Notes: a model not told the origin generated them from the sequence alone. DNA of 32,000 bases from Desulfocapsa sulfexigens DSM 10523 (GCF_000341395.1 NC_020304.1:900001-932000), one strand, 5' to 3'; shown: positions 7,304 through 17,057, counted from the stretch's first letter. Numbers and translations are program-made.

Positions 7304-8451
7304 AAAAATTCCCCATACAAGGACGTACCCTGGCACTGGTGGTGGTAATTTTGCCACTCCTGGCTCTCTTTATCTATGTCGCTTTGCGTTCAGGGCCGCT
7401 GGCCCCTGTACCAGTGACCGTGACCACGGTAAAGAAACAGAGCATTACACCTGCACTCTTTGGCATCGGTAATGTCGAGGCTCAATACACCTACAAGATC
7501 GGTCCGACCTTTGTGGGGCGCCTGAAACACCTCGATGTTCAAGTTGGAGATCTTGTTAAGGCCGGGCAGGTACTTGGCGTAATGGACCCCGTTGATCTTG
7601 ACGACAGAATCCACGCTCAAGATTTCGCAGTGAAGCGCGCCAATGCCCAGTTGAGTGAAGCCAAGGCCAGGCAGACTTATGCGCTAACGCAGGCTCAACG
7701 GTATGAACAATTACTGGCCGCGCGATCAACCAGTGAGGAAAGCGTTGCTACTAAAAATCATGAACTTGATGTGGCTGCGGCAGCTTTAAAGGCAGCCTCT
7801 GAGGAACTCGATCGTGTCCAGTCTGAACGCGATGCCCTGATAGCCCAACGCAACAATCTGAAACTTGTCGCCCCGACTGATGCACTGGTCGCCCTGCGCA
7901 ATGTTGACCCAGGTACGACAATCGTGGCTGGCCAGGCAGTGGTAGAGCTGGTCGATCCCCTAAAAATGTGGGTTAATGTGCGCTTTGATCAAATTCACTC
8001 AGGTGGAGTAGCAGCCAATCTGCCAGCCCAGATCGTACTCCGCTCTCAGTCGGAAAAAGTTCTAGGGGGTCGAGTGATACGGGTTGAACCATTGGCCGAT
8101 GCCGTGACTGAGGAAACCCTGGCTAAGGTGGTGTTCAATCAGCGTCCTGAGCCACTGCCGCCAATAGGTGAACTGGCCGAAATAACAGTGTTTTTACTGC
8201 CACTCCCAGCTGCACCAATTATTCCCAACGCAGCCATCCAGCGAATCGATGGCCGATTGGGGGTATGGCAGGTAAAAAATGGTGATCTGCACTTCACACC
8301 GGTCTCACTCGGTGTTGCTGATCTGGAGGGTCATGTGCAGGTTCGCGAGGGACTCAATAATGGAGACCAAATCGTGGTTTATAGTGCAAAGTCCTTGACA
8401 GCAGGCACCCGCATTGATGTTGTTGATCACATCCCTGGTGTAAAGCCATGA
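7300..8451 (+). CDS. Efflux periplasmic adaptor (membrane fusion protein, HlyD/MacA-like)
   Basis: N-terminal TM anchor, lipoyl-like GDLVKAGQVLGVMD, a coiled-coil hairpin, and LKLVAPTDALVA plus beta-barrel domains. Confidence 0.9.
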   Translation: MKKFPIQGRTLALVVVILPLLALFIYVALRSGPLAPVPVTVTTVKKQSITPALFGIGNVEAQYTYKIGPTFVGRLKHLDVQVGDLVKAGQVLGVMDPVDLDDRIHAQDFAVKRANAQLSEAKARQTYALTQAQRYEQLLAARSTSEESVATKNHELDVAAAALKAASEELDRVQSERDALIAQRNNLKLVAPTDALVALRNVDPGTTIVAGQAVVELVDPLKMWVNVRFDQIHSGGVAANLPAQIVLRSQSEKVLGGRVIRVEPLADAVTEETLAKVVFNQRPEPLPPIGELAEITVFLLPLPAAPIIPNAAIQRIDGRLGVWQVKNGDLHFTPVSLGVADLEGHVQVREGLNNGDQIVVYSAKSLTAGTRIDVVDHIPGVKP

Positions 8452-9653
8452 TCAGCCTTGCGGGACGCGACATCATGCATGCCTGGGGCAAATTCGTTTT
8501 TACCGGTGTCGGCCTTGGGCTGCTTATCGGCGTGACACTGTCCATGGCTGGGATTTATCGAGGCATGGTGGATGATGCCAAGGTGCTTCTTGACAACAGT
8601 GGCGCTGATCTCTGGGTTGTTCAACAAGACACCCTCGGTCCCTATGCTGAACCGTCAAGCATCTACGATGACGCCTGGCGCTCCATTCGTGGCATGCCTG
8701 GCGTTGTAAGGACTGCCAATGTTACCTATCTTACCATGCAGGTTAAGCAAGGCGAACGAGATGTACGAACCATGGTTACCGGCATCACTCCCGGAGAGCC
8801 CGGTACCCCCGGATGGCCCCCATATCTCGTCGCCGGTCGCCAGATCACCCGTGGCCATTACGAGGCCGTGGCGGATATCGCCTCCGGATTTAAGCTTGGC
8901 GATAAGCTCCAGATCCGCCGCAACTACTACACTGTGGTTGGCTTGACCAGGAGAATGGTCTCTTCTAATGGTGATCCAATGGTATTCATCCCACTCAAGG
9001 ATGCTCAGGAGGCCCAATTTCTCAAGGACAATGACGCCATCCACCAGCAACGGCGTCGCACCACTGCCAACCCGGCATTCAATCAACCGAACGTTCCAGG
9101 TTTACTCGATGCGATCATCGCCACCCAAAGCATCAATCCTTACGTTAATGCAGTACTGGTGCAGCTTGAAACGGGCCACAACCCTGATATTGTGGCAGAA
9201 TCGATCCGCCGTTGGAAACGCTTGACAGTCTACACGCGCAGCCAGATGGAGGAAATACTCGTTGGTAAACTCATTGCCACTGCGGCAAAACAGATATTCA
9301 TGTTTCTGGTTATTCTTTCGGTTGTCAGCTCAGCTATTGTTGCTTTCATTATCTACACTCTGACCCTTGGCAAGATACGCGAAATTGCCGTGCTGAAATT
9401 AATCGGCACTAAAAACCGGACCATTGTCGCTTTGATTATGCAACAGTCTGTTGCTCTAGGCATGATTGGTTTTGTCGTAGGAAAAATCACAGCCACTTTA
9501 CTGATGGCACCGTTTTTTCCTAAATATGTCCTTTTGGAGCCCCTCGACTCGGTCGTCGGTTTTGCCGCCGTAGTGCTGATATGCATTCTGTCGAGCGTTA
9601 TCGCCATTCGTGCTGCTCTCAAGGTCGATCCGGCTGAGGCCATTGGGGGTTGA
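8448..9653 (+). CDS. ABC transporter permease, FtsX/MacB-type with a large periplasmic domain
   Basis: TM1, then an approximately 240-aa periplasmic domain, then three C-terminal TMs carrying the FtsX signature region (REIAVLKLIGTKNRTIVALIMQQSVALGMIGFVVG). Confidence 0.9.
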   Translation: MISLAGRDIMHAWGKFVFTGVGLGLLIGVTLSMAGIYRGMVDDAKVLLDNSGADLWVVQQDTLGPYAEPSSIYDDAWRSIRGMPGVVRTANVTYLTMQVKQGERDVRTMVTGITPGEPGTPGWPPYLVAGRQITRGHYEAVADIASGFKLGDKLQIRRNYYTVVGLTRRMVSSNGDPMVFIPLKDAQEAQFLKDNDAIHQQRRRTTANPAFNQPNVPGLLDAIIATQSINPYVNAVLVQLETGHNPDIVAESIRRWKRLTVYTRSQMEEILVGKLIATAAKQIFMFLVILSVVSSAIVAFIIYTLTLGKIREIAVLKLIGTKNRTIVALIMQQSVALGMIGFVVGKITATLLMAPFFPKYVLLEPLDSVVGFAAVVLICILSSVIAIRAALKVDPAEAIGG

Positions 9654-9654
9654 T

Positions 9655-10362
9655 ATGGGTTATAAAGGTATTCAAATCGAAGGATTAAAAAAACGTTATG
9701 GCAACGGAGAAACCGCCGTAGATGCCCTTAAAAAGGTAGATATGCATGTGGCCCCAGGTGAAGTGGTCGGTCTGATCGGACCGTCAGGATCAGGCAAAAG
9801 TACGTTGCTGAAATCCCTCGGAGCGGTGATCGAACCCACTGCCGGGCGAATGATTCTTGGAGATGAGGTCATTTATGACGATGGCTGGAAAGTGAAGGAT
9901 TTGCGCGCCCTGCGCCGCGATAAAATTGGTTTTGTCTTCCAGGCTCCGTATCTCATTCCTTTCCTCGATGTAACCGACAACATCGCATTGCTCCCCATGC
10001 TTGCAGGTGTGCCAAATGGTGAAGCACGTGAGCGGGCAATAGAGTTACTAAAAGCCCTTGATGTGGAACATCGTGCCAAGGCCATGCCATCCCAACTCTC
10101 GGGAGGTGAGCAGCAGAGGGTAGCCATTGCCCGGGGCTTGATTAACCGCCCACCGGTAATTCTAGCCGACGAGCCTACGGCACCTCTCGACAGCGAACGG
10201 GCACTGGCTGTCATTCGTATTTTAAACGATATGGCTCACCAGTACGAAACGGCTATCATCATAGTCACCCATGATGAAAAAATCATCCCGACCTTCAAAC
10301 GCATCTATCATATCCGTGATGGCGTAACCTACGAGGAAGCCGGAGAAGGTCGCGATTTTTAG
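9655..10362 (+). CDS. ABC transporter ATP-binding protein (MacB/LolD-like, separate polypeptide)
   Basis: Walker A is GPSGSGKST, the signature is LSGGEQQR, Walker B is ILADEPT, and the H-loop is VTHD. ATG 9655 lies 1 nt after the permease stop. Confidence 0.95.
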   Translation: MGYKGIQIEGLKKRYGNGETAVDALKKVDMHVAPGEVVGLIGPSGSGKSTLLKSLGAVIEPTAGRMILGDEVIYDDGWKVKDLRALRRDKIGFVFQAPYLIPFLDVTDNIALLPMLAGVPNGEARERAIELLKALDVEHRAKAMPSQLSGGEQQRVAIARGLINRPPVILADEPTAPLDSERALAVIRILNDMAHQYETAIIIVTHDEKIIPTFKRIYHIRDGVTYEEAGEGRDF

Positions 10363-10395
10363 TGAAAGCAGAGCAAGAGAGGCTCACAACTACCA

Positions 10396-10860
10396 ATGAA
10401 ATACAAACAAGCTATCAAAACAATCGGTGCTGTCAGTACGATTGGGACATCGTTGCTGCTCGCTGGCATTATGGCTTTGGCTGATACCAACACGAAGGCA
10501 GGGCCGCTCACTCTTGTAAAGATCATGCAAGACCAGGGCATGTATATGGAGAAAATTACCGCAGGTATTATTCGTGAAGATTGGCAACAGGTGTCAGAAA
10601 GTGCACTGCGGATTGCCGGCCATCCTCAGCCGCCGCTGACCGAGAAGATCCGTATCCTTGGTTTTGTCGGTTCGGATGTCAACACGTATAAGAACTACGA
10701 CAAGAAAACCAGCCAGGCAGGTCAGGAACTCAGTCAAGCAGCTGAGCGCCAGGATGGAATACTGGTGGTTTCTGCCTTTGCAACTTTGCAAACCAGTTGC
10801 CTTTCCTGTCATCAGCATTTTCGCATACCGTTTCAGGAGTATTTTTATGAGCATCGTTAA
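10396..10860 (+). CDS. Class II cytochrome c (cytochrome c'-like), periplasmic
   Basis: Signal peptide, mostly helical sequence, and a single CLSCHQHFR heme motif 15 residues from the C-terminus (the pattern C-x-x-C-H-x-x-[FY]-R is typical of cytochrome c'). Confidence 0.75.
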   Translation: MKYKQAIKTIGAVSTIGTSLLLAGIMALADTNTKAGPLTLVKIMQDQGMYMEKITAGIIREDWQQVSESALRIAGHPQPPLTEKIRILGFVGSDVNTYKNYDKKTSQAGQELSQAAERQDGILVVSAFATLQTSCLSCHQHFRIPFQEYFYEHR

Positions 10861-12280
10861 AACAATAACTGGCCACATCTTCACTGCATCTATCATTGCC
10901 GGCCTGCTGGCTGCTTGTTCGATTGGCCCGGATTTCAAGCGCCCCCAATCTCCTAAGGTGGAGAATTACACCCCCACTCCAATAAACCTTGGAGGATCAC
11001 AGCGTATCAGCGAGGACGGCCTGGTCAATCAACAATGGTGGCATGAGCTCGGCTCAGCAAAGCTAAACGCCCTGATCGATGAAGCCTTGCAAGCTAACCC
11101 CACACTGATTGGTTATCAGGCTACGCTACGCCAGGCCGATGAACTGTATGCTGCCCAGGCTGGCTCGAGCCTGTATCCCCAGCTTGGTGCCAACGTAGGT
11201 GGCCAGCGGCTGCGCTCTAATCCCGGCATTTTATCAGGGCAGAGTGGTGATACCCAGGAATTCAGTATTTACAACACCAGTGTCGGCGTTCAGTACACCT
11301 TCGACCTGGTCGGCGGTAACCGACGCGCCTTGGAGTCCCTGGCCGCCAAGGTTGATTATCAACGCTTCCAACTTGAAGGAGCCAGACTGACGCTAACAAC
11401 TCATATTGTTACAACCGCTGTCACTCAGGCCAAGCTTGCTGGTCAAATCCAGGCCACAGAGGCCATCCTTCAGTCCCAGGAAGAACAGATGGAGCTGACC
11501 AGAGAGCGTGTACGTCTTGGCCAGGCCGATCGAGATGATGTCCTGGCCTTGCAAGTCCAGGTAGAACAGACCCGTGCCAGTATTCCACCCTTGCGGAATC
11601 AACTTCAGCAAAACGAGCACCTGCTTGCTGTACTCACCGGTCGGGCTCCAGGGAACGGAGAAGGACCATCCTTCTCCCTTCACGAATTCACTCTGCCGGC
11701 TGATCTGCCCCTAACCGTCCCCTCCGTACTGGTTCGCACCCGCCCCGACATTCTGGCTGCCGAAGCCCTGCTGCATGCGGCCAATGCAGAATACGGTGTG
11801 GCTATTGCCCAGCTTTACCCCCAACTCACCCTCAGCGCCAATCTTGGTTCACAGGCCTTAACCACCAGTGCGTTGTTTGGCAGCAACTCAGCTATTTGGA
11901 GTCTGGTCGGACAGCTGACGCAACCCCTGTTTAATCCGGGATTACCAGCACAAAAACGGGCAGCCCTGGCTGCATTCGATGCAGCGGCGGCCAGTTACCA
12001 AAATGTAGTGCTCGAATCGTTACGTAATGTGGCTGATGTGCTGCGTGCCTTGGATAACGATACTCAAAGGTTGACTTCCCTTTCCGCTGTCGATGTGGCA
12101 ACGCAGGAATCGTTGGAATCCATCCGGCGACAATATGCCCTTGGAGCCGTGAGCTATGTCGGTCTACTCATTGCACAACAGCAGGCACAACAGGTACGAG
12201 TAGCTCTGGTCGAGGCGCAGGCACAACGCCTTATCGATAGTGCCGCCTTCTATCAAGCCATGGGTGGAAATGAAGGATGA
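10847..12280 (+). CDS. Efflux outer-membrane factor lipoprotein (NodT/OprM family)
   Basis: CAGGAG RBS lies before ATG 10847. Lipobox is LLAAC. FKRP, RPDILAAEALL and two repeated TolC-like halves are present. The track start at 10658 runs through the cytochrome gene and is rejected. Confidence 0.9.
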   Translation: MSIVKTITGHIFTASIIAGLLAACSIGPDFKRPQSPKVENYTPTPINLGGSQRISEDGLVNQQWWHELGSAKLNALIDEALQANPTLIGYQATLRQADELYAAQAGSSLYPQLGANVGGQRLRSNPGILSGQSGDTQEFSIYNTSVGVQYTFDLVGGNRRALESLAAKVDYQRFQLEGARLTLTTHIVTTAVTQAKLAGQIQATEAILQSQEEQMELTRERVRLGQADRDDVLALQVQVEQTRASIPPLRNQLQQNEHLLAVLTGRAPGNGEGPSFSLHEFTLPADLPLTVPSVLVRTRPDILAAEALLHAANAEYGVAIAQLYPQLTLSANLGSQALTTSALFGSNSAIWSLVGQLTQPLFNPGLPAQKRAALAAFDAAAASYQNVVLESLRNVADVLRALDNDTQRLTSLSAVDVATQESLESIRRQYALGAVSYVGLLIAQQQAQQVRVALVEAQAQRLIDSAAFYQAMGGNEG

Positions 12281-12640
12281 TAAACATTTGCATTAGAGGA
12301 ATACATCTTCTGACAAGGTATCGTCGCCTGCTCCTGCCATAAAAAAGTGGCGTTACGATTAAGAAACTTTCTCATCATTTCAAAACCTTATCCCATATCA
12401 ATCTGGATACTTACACCCGCCTACCGAATGTTTCCCTTAGCGATCAGAAAGAACTTCAGGGTAGGAGAAACAACACCTGCTCAGCCTCCGTCACATTAGG
12501 AAATATACAGTCATGAATCAGTTGTCTTTTTCAATTAGTGCTCTGAAATCGCTGTTCACATATTGCTATCCAATTATCATGTGAGTTTTCTCGATCTCGG
12601 GCCGAGAGATCTCTCTCAACCCGGCTTTGTTTAACGGGTA

Positions 12641-12687
12641 CAGAAAAAAACAACAAAAAACCCGCTAACCAATTCTGGTTGCGGGTT
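12641..12687 (-). terminator. Rho-independent terminator downstream of tRNA-Leu
   Basis: The minus strand reads AACCCGC-AACCA-gaat-TGGTT-a-GCGGGTT followed by TTTTTGTTGTTTTTTT. Confidence 0.75.
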
Positions 12688-12722
12688 TGATGTCCATCTA
12701 TGGACTATGATGGATTAGTTAA

Positions 12723-12808
12723 TGGTGCCGAAGGCGAGAATCGAACTCGCACGACCGTGGGCCACTGCCCCCTCAAGACAGCGTGTCTACCAGTTCCACC
12801 ACTTCGGC
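12723..12808 (-). tRNA. tRNA-Leu (anticodon GAG), 86 nt with a long variable arm and encoded CCA
   Basis: The reverse complement is GCCGAAGTGGTGGAACTGGTAGACACGCTGTCTTGAGGGGGCAGTGGCCCACGGTCGTGCGAGTTCGATTCTCGCCTTCGGCACCA. The acceptor stem is GCCGAAG/CTTCGGC and the anticodon stem is CTGTC/GGCAG with loop TTGAGGG. It is very similar to E. coli leuU, which also follows secG. Confidence 0.95.
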
Positions 12809-12828
12809 ACACAATTCTATGACTTATT

Positions 12829-13206
12829 TTATTCCTGAGCTTTAGGAGCCTCCGGAGCAGGTGAAGCTTCTTCAGATACCGCTGTGGGCATTGGGATTAC
12901 CGTTTCAGCAGATTCTTTTTTTTCTTCCACCATAGTAGCTTGCGGTACTACGTTCATCAATGATCCGGTACTTGAGGTCGATGAAATATAAGCAAGACTT
13001 ACAGATGTAACCATAAAAACTATTGCAGATGCTGTTGTAATCTTATTAAGCAGCGGCACAGGGCCTTCTGACCCGAACAGCGACTGACTAGACCCACCAC
13101 CACCAAATGCAGCTCCTGCATCAGCGCCTTTTCCATGCTGGAGCAGGACAATGACAATCAGGAAGAAACATACTGCAACATGAGCAATGGTTAAAAGAGT
13201 TAGCAT
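12829..13206 (-). CDS. secG: Preprotein translocase subunit SecG
   Basis: The N-terminus LLQHGKGADAGAAFGGGGSSQSLFG is the classic SecG signature. Two TM segments are present. Confidence 0.9.
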   Translation of the reverse strand: MLTLLTIAHVAVCFFLIVIVLLQHGKGADAGAAFGGGGSSQSLFGSEGPVPLLNKITTASAIVFMVTSVSLAYISSTSSTGSLMNVVPQATMVEEKKESAETVIPMPTAVSEEASPAPEAPKAQE

Positions 13207-13219
13207 TAACTACTTGGTC

Positions 13220-13975
13220 TCAAATAAAATTAATAATTCTACAAAACGAATCAGCATCAAGCGCCGCACCGCCGACAAGCGCACCGTCTATATCGGTCTG
13301 CGCCATTAGTTCATCGACGTTATCAGGTTTGACCGAGCCACCATACAATATTCTAACGGTGTCGGCAATATTTTTTTCAAACATTTCTGCTAATAGTTTC
13401 CGAATAAAGGCATGAGCCTCCTGAGCCTGTTCCTTACTGGCCGTTTTTCCGGTACCTATCGCCCATACCGGCTCATAGGCCACAACAGTTTTCCCCATAT
13501 CCTGGAGACTAACCCCTGCAAGTCCTTCTCGGAGCTGTTCTTCTAATATTTCAAAGGTCTTCTCACCTTCTCTTTCTTCCAAAGTTTCTCCAACACAAAA
13601 AACCGGAATCAGACCGAATGCCAATGCACCGAGAACTCGCTTATTAATGATCGCATGATCTTCATGAAAAATCTGCCGACGCTCAGAGTGCCCGATTATG
13701 GCGGCTGTTCCTCCGGCTGATTTGATCATGGTTGGCGATATTTCCCCGGTAAAAGCACCCTCAGCTTCCCAGCAAACATTTTGAGAGGCAATCAGGACAT
13801 CACTGCCCTGCAGGACATGCGCCACCTCACTGAGCACCGTGTATGGCGGGGCCAGCAGGACATCTCGGTCAGCCAACCCGGCGGAACATTTCCCTATCGC
13901 AGCGGCCAGCTGACATGCATCAATTACAGTAGTATGCATTTTCCAGTTTCCAGCAAGTAATGGTCTACGTTTCAT
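13220..13975 (-). CDS. tpiA: Triosephosphate isomerase
   Basis: AGNWKMH, IGHSERR, AYEPVWAIGTG and GGSV motifs. Confidence 0.97.
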   Translation of the reverse strand: MKRRPLLAGNWKMHTTVIDACQLAAAIGKCSAGLADRDVLLAPPYTVLSEVAHVLQGSDVLIASQNVCWEAEGAFTGEISPTMIKSAGGTAAIIGHSERRQIFHEDHAIINKRVLGALAFGLIPVFCVGETLEEREGEKTFEILEEQLREGLAGVSLQDMGKTVVAYEPVWAIGTGKTASKEQAQEAHAFIRKLLAEMFEKNIADTVRILYGGSVKPDNVDELMAQTDIDGALVGGAALDADSFCRIINFI

Positions 13976-14007
13976 TCCACCTCCAGATTACCAAATTATC
14001 AGAAAGA

Positions 14008-15186
14008 TCACTTTCTCAGGACTTCCACACCAGGCAACGTCTTCCCTTCCATAAGTGCCAGAAAAGCTCCGCCCCCTGTGGACATATACGAGATATTGGC
14101 AGCTTCACCCGATTTTTTCACTGCAGCATTGGAATCTCCTCCGCCTGTTACAGACAGGGCATGCGATGAGGCTACCGCCTGGCATATAGCCATTGTACCA
14201 CGAGCAAAGGCATCCATTTCAAAGGCTCCCATGGGACCATTCCAGACGATAGTTCGAGCATCCGCCATCGCTTCCTGGAAATAGATTGTACTTGCAGGAC
14301 CGATATCCAGCGCCATCCAGCCTTCAGGCACATCACGGGAGGTGACATTTTTAACAACAGCATCAGCAGCAAATCGATCCGCAGCGACAAAATCAACAGG
14401 AAGATAAAGCTTAACCCCTTTCTCCTCAGCTTCCCGCACAAATTCCCGGGCACTGGCAAGAAGATCTTCTTCTATCTTTGATGCCCCCATATCAATCCCC
14501 TGACTCTTCAGGAATGTGTTGGCCATGGCACCACCAATTATCATGGTATCAACCTTATCCAACATATTTTTCAGAGCACCAAGTTTGGAAGAAACTTTTG
14601 CGCCGCCAACAAGGGCTACCAGAGGTCGCACCGGAGTGTCCATGGCCTTGTGGAAAAAATCCATTTCGGTCTGCAGCAAAAAGCCTGCCGCCTTCTCAGC
14701 AACACAGGCAGGGATTCCGACCACGGAGGCGTGAGCCCGGTGCGATACGGCAAAGGCATCATTGATATAAACATCTGCCATGCGGGCTATCTGCTCGGCA
14801 AAAACTGTGTCATTTTCAGTTTCCTGCTTATGGAAACGTAGATTCTCGAGCATCACCACATCACCCGGCTGCATCGCAGCAACAAGAGCCTCACTTTCTC
14901 CCCCGACACAGTCAGGAGCAAGAAGCACCGGGCGCTCGAGAATAGCGGCGAGATGACTGGCAGCAGGAGCAAGACTGAACTCCATAACCCGTTTTCCGCC
15001 GGGTCGACCCATATGGGAGCAGAGAATCAGTTTCGCTTCCTGATTCAGGATATGGTTGATAGTGGGCAAAGCCATGCGAATACGGATATCGTCTGTTATA
15101 TTTCCATCTCCGTCCATTGGCACATTAAAATCAACCCGTACCAGTACCCGCTTTCCCTTCAAGTCAAGATCACGAATTGTATTCAT
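14008..15186 (-). CDS. pgk: Phosphoglycerate kinase
   Basis: RVDFNVP, SHMGRP, GGAKVS.K and TGGGDS motifs at full length (392 aa). Confidence 0.97.
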   Translation of the reverse strand: MNTIRDLDLKGKRVLVRVDFNVPMDGDGNITDDIRIRMALPTINHILNQEAKLILCSHMGRPGGKRVMEFSLAPAASHLAAILERPVLLAPDCVGGESEALVAAMQPGDVVMLENLRFHKQETENDTVFAEQIARMADVYINDAFAVSHRAHASVVGIPACVAEKAAGFLLQTEMDFFHKAMDTPVRPLVALVGGAKVSSKLGALKNMLDKVDTMIIGGAMANTFLKSQGIDMGASKIEEDLLASAREFVREAEEKGVKLYLPVDFVAADRFAADAVVKNVTSRDVPEGWMALDIGPASTIYFQEAMADARTIVWNGPMGAFEMDAFARGTMAICQAVASSHALSVTGGGDSNAAVKKSGEAANISYMSTGGGAFLALMEGKTLPGVEVLRK

Positions 15187-15198
15187 GCAACCTTCCTC

Positions 15199-15648
15199 TT
15201 ATTCTGGATCGTCGTTCAACCTCAGGACGTACATAACGGCATCGTCCACAGGCTCTTTATAATAGTCTTTACGTCTTCCGGTTTTCAAAAAACCGTGTTG
15301 TTCATAGAGCCTTAATGCTGGATGGTTCTGGGAACGAACTTCAAGAAATATCTGCTCGGCTCCCTGCCCCTTCGCAATTGAGCAGAACTCCTGCAACAAA
15401 GCCCTGCCAATGCCCGATCTCCGAACTTCAGGGCCTACCGTTATTTTTAAAAGCTCTGCCTCAACACCCGTCTGCAAACCACAGCACCAGGCCCTCACCT
15501 CACCATCCGGAGCCACGGCAACAAGAGCAATCCCGTATTTTCGTTGGAGCTCAGAACGGATCTGCTGCCTGTTCCATGCTGAAAGACTGCGTTCCTCAAT
15601 GGCTGACACGGTCGCAACATCCCCACCATTCATCTGGCGGATATGCAT
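15199..15648 (-). CDS. rimI: GNAT acetyltransferase, RimI-like (ribosomal-protein-alanine N-acetyltransferase)
   Basis: Acetyl-CoA motif A is RRSGIGRALL, ending in ..A.RLYE..GF. The length of 149 aa is typical of RimI. Confidence 0.75.
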   Translation of the reverse strand: MHIRQMNGGDVATVSAIEERSLSAWNRQQIRSELQRKYGIALVAVAPDGEVRAWCCGLQTGVEAELLKITVGPEVRRSGIGRALLQEFCSIAKGQGAEQIFLEVRSQNHPALRLYEQHGFLKTGRRKDYYKEPVDDAVMYVLRLNDDPE

Positions 15649-15650
15649 AC

Positions 15651-16868
15651 CTACAGCATCTTATCAGCGACGGTTACCGTCAGATCGCCCAGTGTATTGG
15701 TATAACTTCCAAGTTCGTTATCATACCAGGCATAAACTACGGCCTGGGTGATGGGAACATTAAGGATATGATTAGCCCCAGCATCAATTTGGCAGCTCTT
15801 CAGTTTCTGAAGGTTCACTGGAATAGACGCTGTCCGGGTATGCGTCTCCGTTCCTTCAATTACGGCAGCAGCCTCGGGGACACCTATGATATCCGAAGAG
15901 ACATTCTGGTCCTCGGAAAATTCAAGATACTTGCTGTTTTCAGCATATTCACGGTAAATGGAATTGATCCGCTCCCGCTTCAACGGGCTGTCAAGATCGT
16001 CCTGAAAATTCATCACCAGGACAATAAGTGACCCGGTGGAGGTGGGAACCCGCACAGATTCTGCAATAAACCCAATGGATTGCATCTCTGGGATAACCAG
16101 AGCCAGAGCCTTGGCTGCTCCCGTGGTGGTCAGAATAATGTTATTAAGAATTGAACGATTTTTCCTGAGATCTGCAGCACCGGACTTTGGCAGAGTATCA
16201 AGAACCTTCTGACTGCCTGTTGCCGCATGAACCGTCACCATGGAAGCACTCAGGAAATTTTCTGCGCCAATGGATTCCATCAGTGGTTTTATCATGTAGG
16301 AAAGACAGGTGGTGGTACAGGATGCGGCAGAGATAAGTGCGTGCCTGGATGGGTCATAATCCTCATCATTTATTCCCATAACTGCCGTTACAGCATCCGC
16401 TGGCATATCAATGCCCTTAGATTTAATTTTAAATGGAGCCGACAGCATAACCTTCTCAGCTCCTGCCTGCAGATGGCCACGTAAGGCCCCCCACCCCGCA
16501 TCCGCATCAGCTGTGGGATCAGTGAACGCCCCGGTGGTATCCACCACCAGCTTCACATTATTTTCCTGCCAGGCTATATCTTTAGGATTTCTGGCAGTAC
16601 GAAGAAATTTCACCGGCACACCATTAATAACCATGGTTCCAGCCTCTTCATTCAGCTCTTCGATCACCCTGCCGCCCCTGTGGCCATGCAGATAGGTGCC
16701 AAGGCGTCCAAATGATGAATCCCGCTCTACCGAAGCTGCAAGGTCATTCAATCCCTGACCGATTTCACGGCCAACGTTAACCACCAGTCCTGAAAAATGT
16801 TTCCTTGAGACGTGGTGCCAGAGGGAGAGTTTTCCAATTCGACCCATGCCGTTTAAACCTAATTTCAT
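15651..16868 (-). CDS. gap: Glyceraldehyde-3-phosphate dehydrogenase, atypical long form (405 aa)
   Basis: GMGRIG Rossmann motif, catalytic SAASCTTTCL (canonical SNASCTTNCL), TVHAATG and TTTGAAKAL. It is about 70 aa longer than canonical GAPDH (about 335 aa). Confidence 0.85.
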   Translation of the reverse strand: MKLGLNGMGRIGKLSLWHHVSRKHFSGLVVNVGREIGQGLNDLAASVERDSSFGRLGTYLHGHRGGRVIEELNEEAGTMVINGVPVKFLRTARNPKDIAWQENNVKLVVDTTGAFTDPTADADAGWGALRGHLQAGAEKVMLSAPFKIKSKGIDMPADAVTAVMGINDEDYDPSRHALISAASCTTTCLSYMIKPLMESIGAENFLSASMVTVHAATGSQKVLDTLPKSGAADLRKNRSILNNIILTTTGAAKALALVIPEMQSIGFIAESVRVPTSTGSLIVLVMNFQDDLDSPLKRERINSIYREYAENSKYLEFSEDQNVSSDIIGVPEAAAVIEGTETHTRTASIPVNLQKLKSCQIDAGANHILNVPITQAVVYAWYDNELGSYTNTLGDLTVTVADKML

Positions 16869-17057
16869 AACAACGCTTCTCCTGTAGAGGTATTGTATTT
16901 TCTGCCTGCACTCTAAAAACAGACGGTATCAAATAGACGAAATGCAATGAGGTCGGTGCTTTCTCCTTCCCCTTTCAGCATTCATTCCTTATACTGTAAA
17001 TTCGATGATTCTTCAAAGATTAAACATAATTGATACAAAAATCCACTCCATTTGACC

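Noticed and set aside
10658-10846. Upstream extension of the outer-membrane factor ORF (track start 10658)
   Set aside because: The extension runs through the cytochrome gene in another frame. ATG 10847 has a CAGGAG RBS and gives a proper lipoprotein signal peptide (LLAAC).
15315-16031. 238-aa plus-strand ORF
   Set aside because: It is antisense to rimI and gap. It is rich in Ser/Pro/His with no motifs, which is typical of a shadow ORF.
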